Source: Schmidtea nova
Lineage: Eukaryota
Assembly: GCA_044892505.1 (NCBI GenBank)
Contig: CM097883.1
Location: 393,204,001 to 393,268,000, forward strand
DNA: 64,000 nt
Direction of reading: 5' to 3'
Part shown: piece by piece, positions 63,263 to 64,000 of the stretch
Position numbering within the stretch: position 1 is the first letter of the stretch
How the letters are laid out: every line of letters begins with the position of its first letter
Program-made: the position numbers and the translations under genes
The notes under the pieces: model-generated
The model's input: only the letters and a program-made list of their open reading frames with translations
The model's database searches: none
What the model was told of the DNA's origin: nothing

Positions 63263-63605
63263 GCGTGTTGTCAGAAACAAAAATGGTAGCAGAGCGTGGT
63301 TGCCATCGGGGGACCACGCGCTCTCTGGAATTTTCTAGCTATCCAGCCAGAACAAGGTACCTTTGCTTGGTCTATGTTTTTGTAATATCTTTTTACATTA
63401 TTTTGAACCTTATTATTGTAAATTTTCATCTTGGGTTAAAACATTTCCCCCTCTGCCCTTTACCATGTTTTGCGGTGGGTTGGGTCCATTAAGGGACCGG
63501 AAAAGATGCTGCTATGGGCCCCAGCATTCTTTTCAATTGGGGGACGAAATAGCCAGGAGAACAGATGGACATAGGAGATCTGTTCCTTTAATTGGAAAAA
63601 ATAAA

Positions 63606-63785
63606 ACGGGTGGGGCTTGTGTGAATAAGGGGTGTGTTCCAAAAGAAATAATGTACAATACAGCGATGATTAGAGAGATAGGGCGAGAGGTTAAAAATTA
63701 TGGATTTAAAATCAATTATGAGTGTTTCAACTGGGAAATCATTAAGCTAAAGCGAGATAGTTATATAAAAAATCTGAATAATAGT
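63606..63785 (+). pseudogene. Glutathione-reductase-like fragment (redox-active disulfide motif)
   Basis: [40 protein letters not shown]. Confidence 0.8.
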
Positions 63786-64000
63786 TTTGAAGTAAAATCT
63801 ACAAGTGGGGATACGTTTTTGGGTGGGGAAGATTTTGATAATGTGCCGTTACAAAATATTGTTAATGAATTTAAACGTGATCCAGGCGTTGATGGTAATA
63901 AAGCCCCTATGGCTTCACAGAGAGTTAGAGAAGCAGCTGAAAAGGTTAAAATTGACCTGTCATCAGCTATTCAAACGCACATTAATCTTCCATATTTGAC
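63786..64000 (+). pseudogene. HSPA9: Mortalin HSP70 fragment, in frame with the reductase fragment; open to window end
   Basis: [45 protein letters not shown]. Confidence 0.88.

Larger units (their letters stand above)
62311..64000 (+). mobile_element. Gene-fragment-carrying element (GCGTCTGTGTGCGCA family), continues beyond the window
   Basis: Terminal 13-bp hairpin 62318-62349, motif copies 62385-62500, GATTTT-rich tract, then several host gene fragments. Confidence 0.75.

Overview
Very AT-rich eukaryotic (animal) genomic DNA with five N gaps. Composition, ATT microsatellites, 42-76 nt introns and repeat content are compatible with a planarian-like genome (inference only). One intact host gene is supported: a 6-exon ADHFE1/HOT on the minus strand (61215 to 46028, 474 aa), with two introns inflated by nested transposons. 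The most striking element is a young Ty3/gypsy-like LTR element (2865-9561): 855-bp LTRs with 4 differences seen, ATTA target-site duplication, tRNA-Trp PBS and a PPT, but no pol. Its Gag ORF has four CCHC knuckles, a duplicated unknown domain and a C-terminal Bcl-2-like domain. It is followed 12 nt later by a truncated chuvirus-type glycoprotein (env-like) ORF. A decayed second copy lies in an ADHFE1 intron. A second system is a family of GCGTCTGTGTGCGCA-motif elements carrying host gene fragments (TCP1, HECT E3, glutathione reductase, mortalin HSP70, GPSM/Pins), two pairs of them fused in frame. A third is a repeated unknown two-ORF cassette seen in five divergent copies. Decayed piggyBac, mariner and hAT MITEs are also present. 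All protein identities were recognised by eye from motifs; no database search was run.
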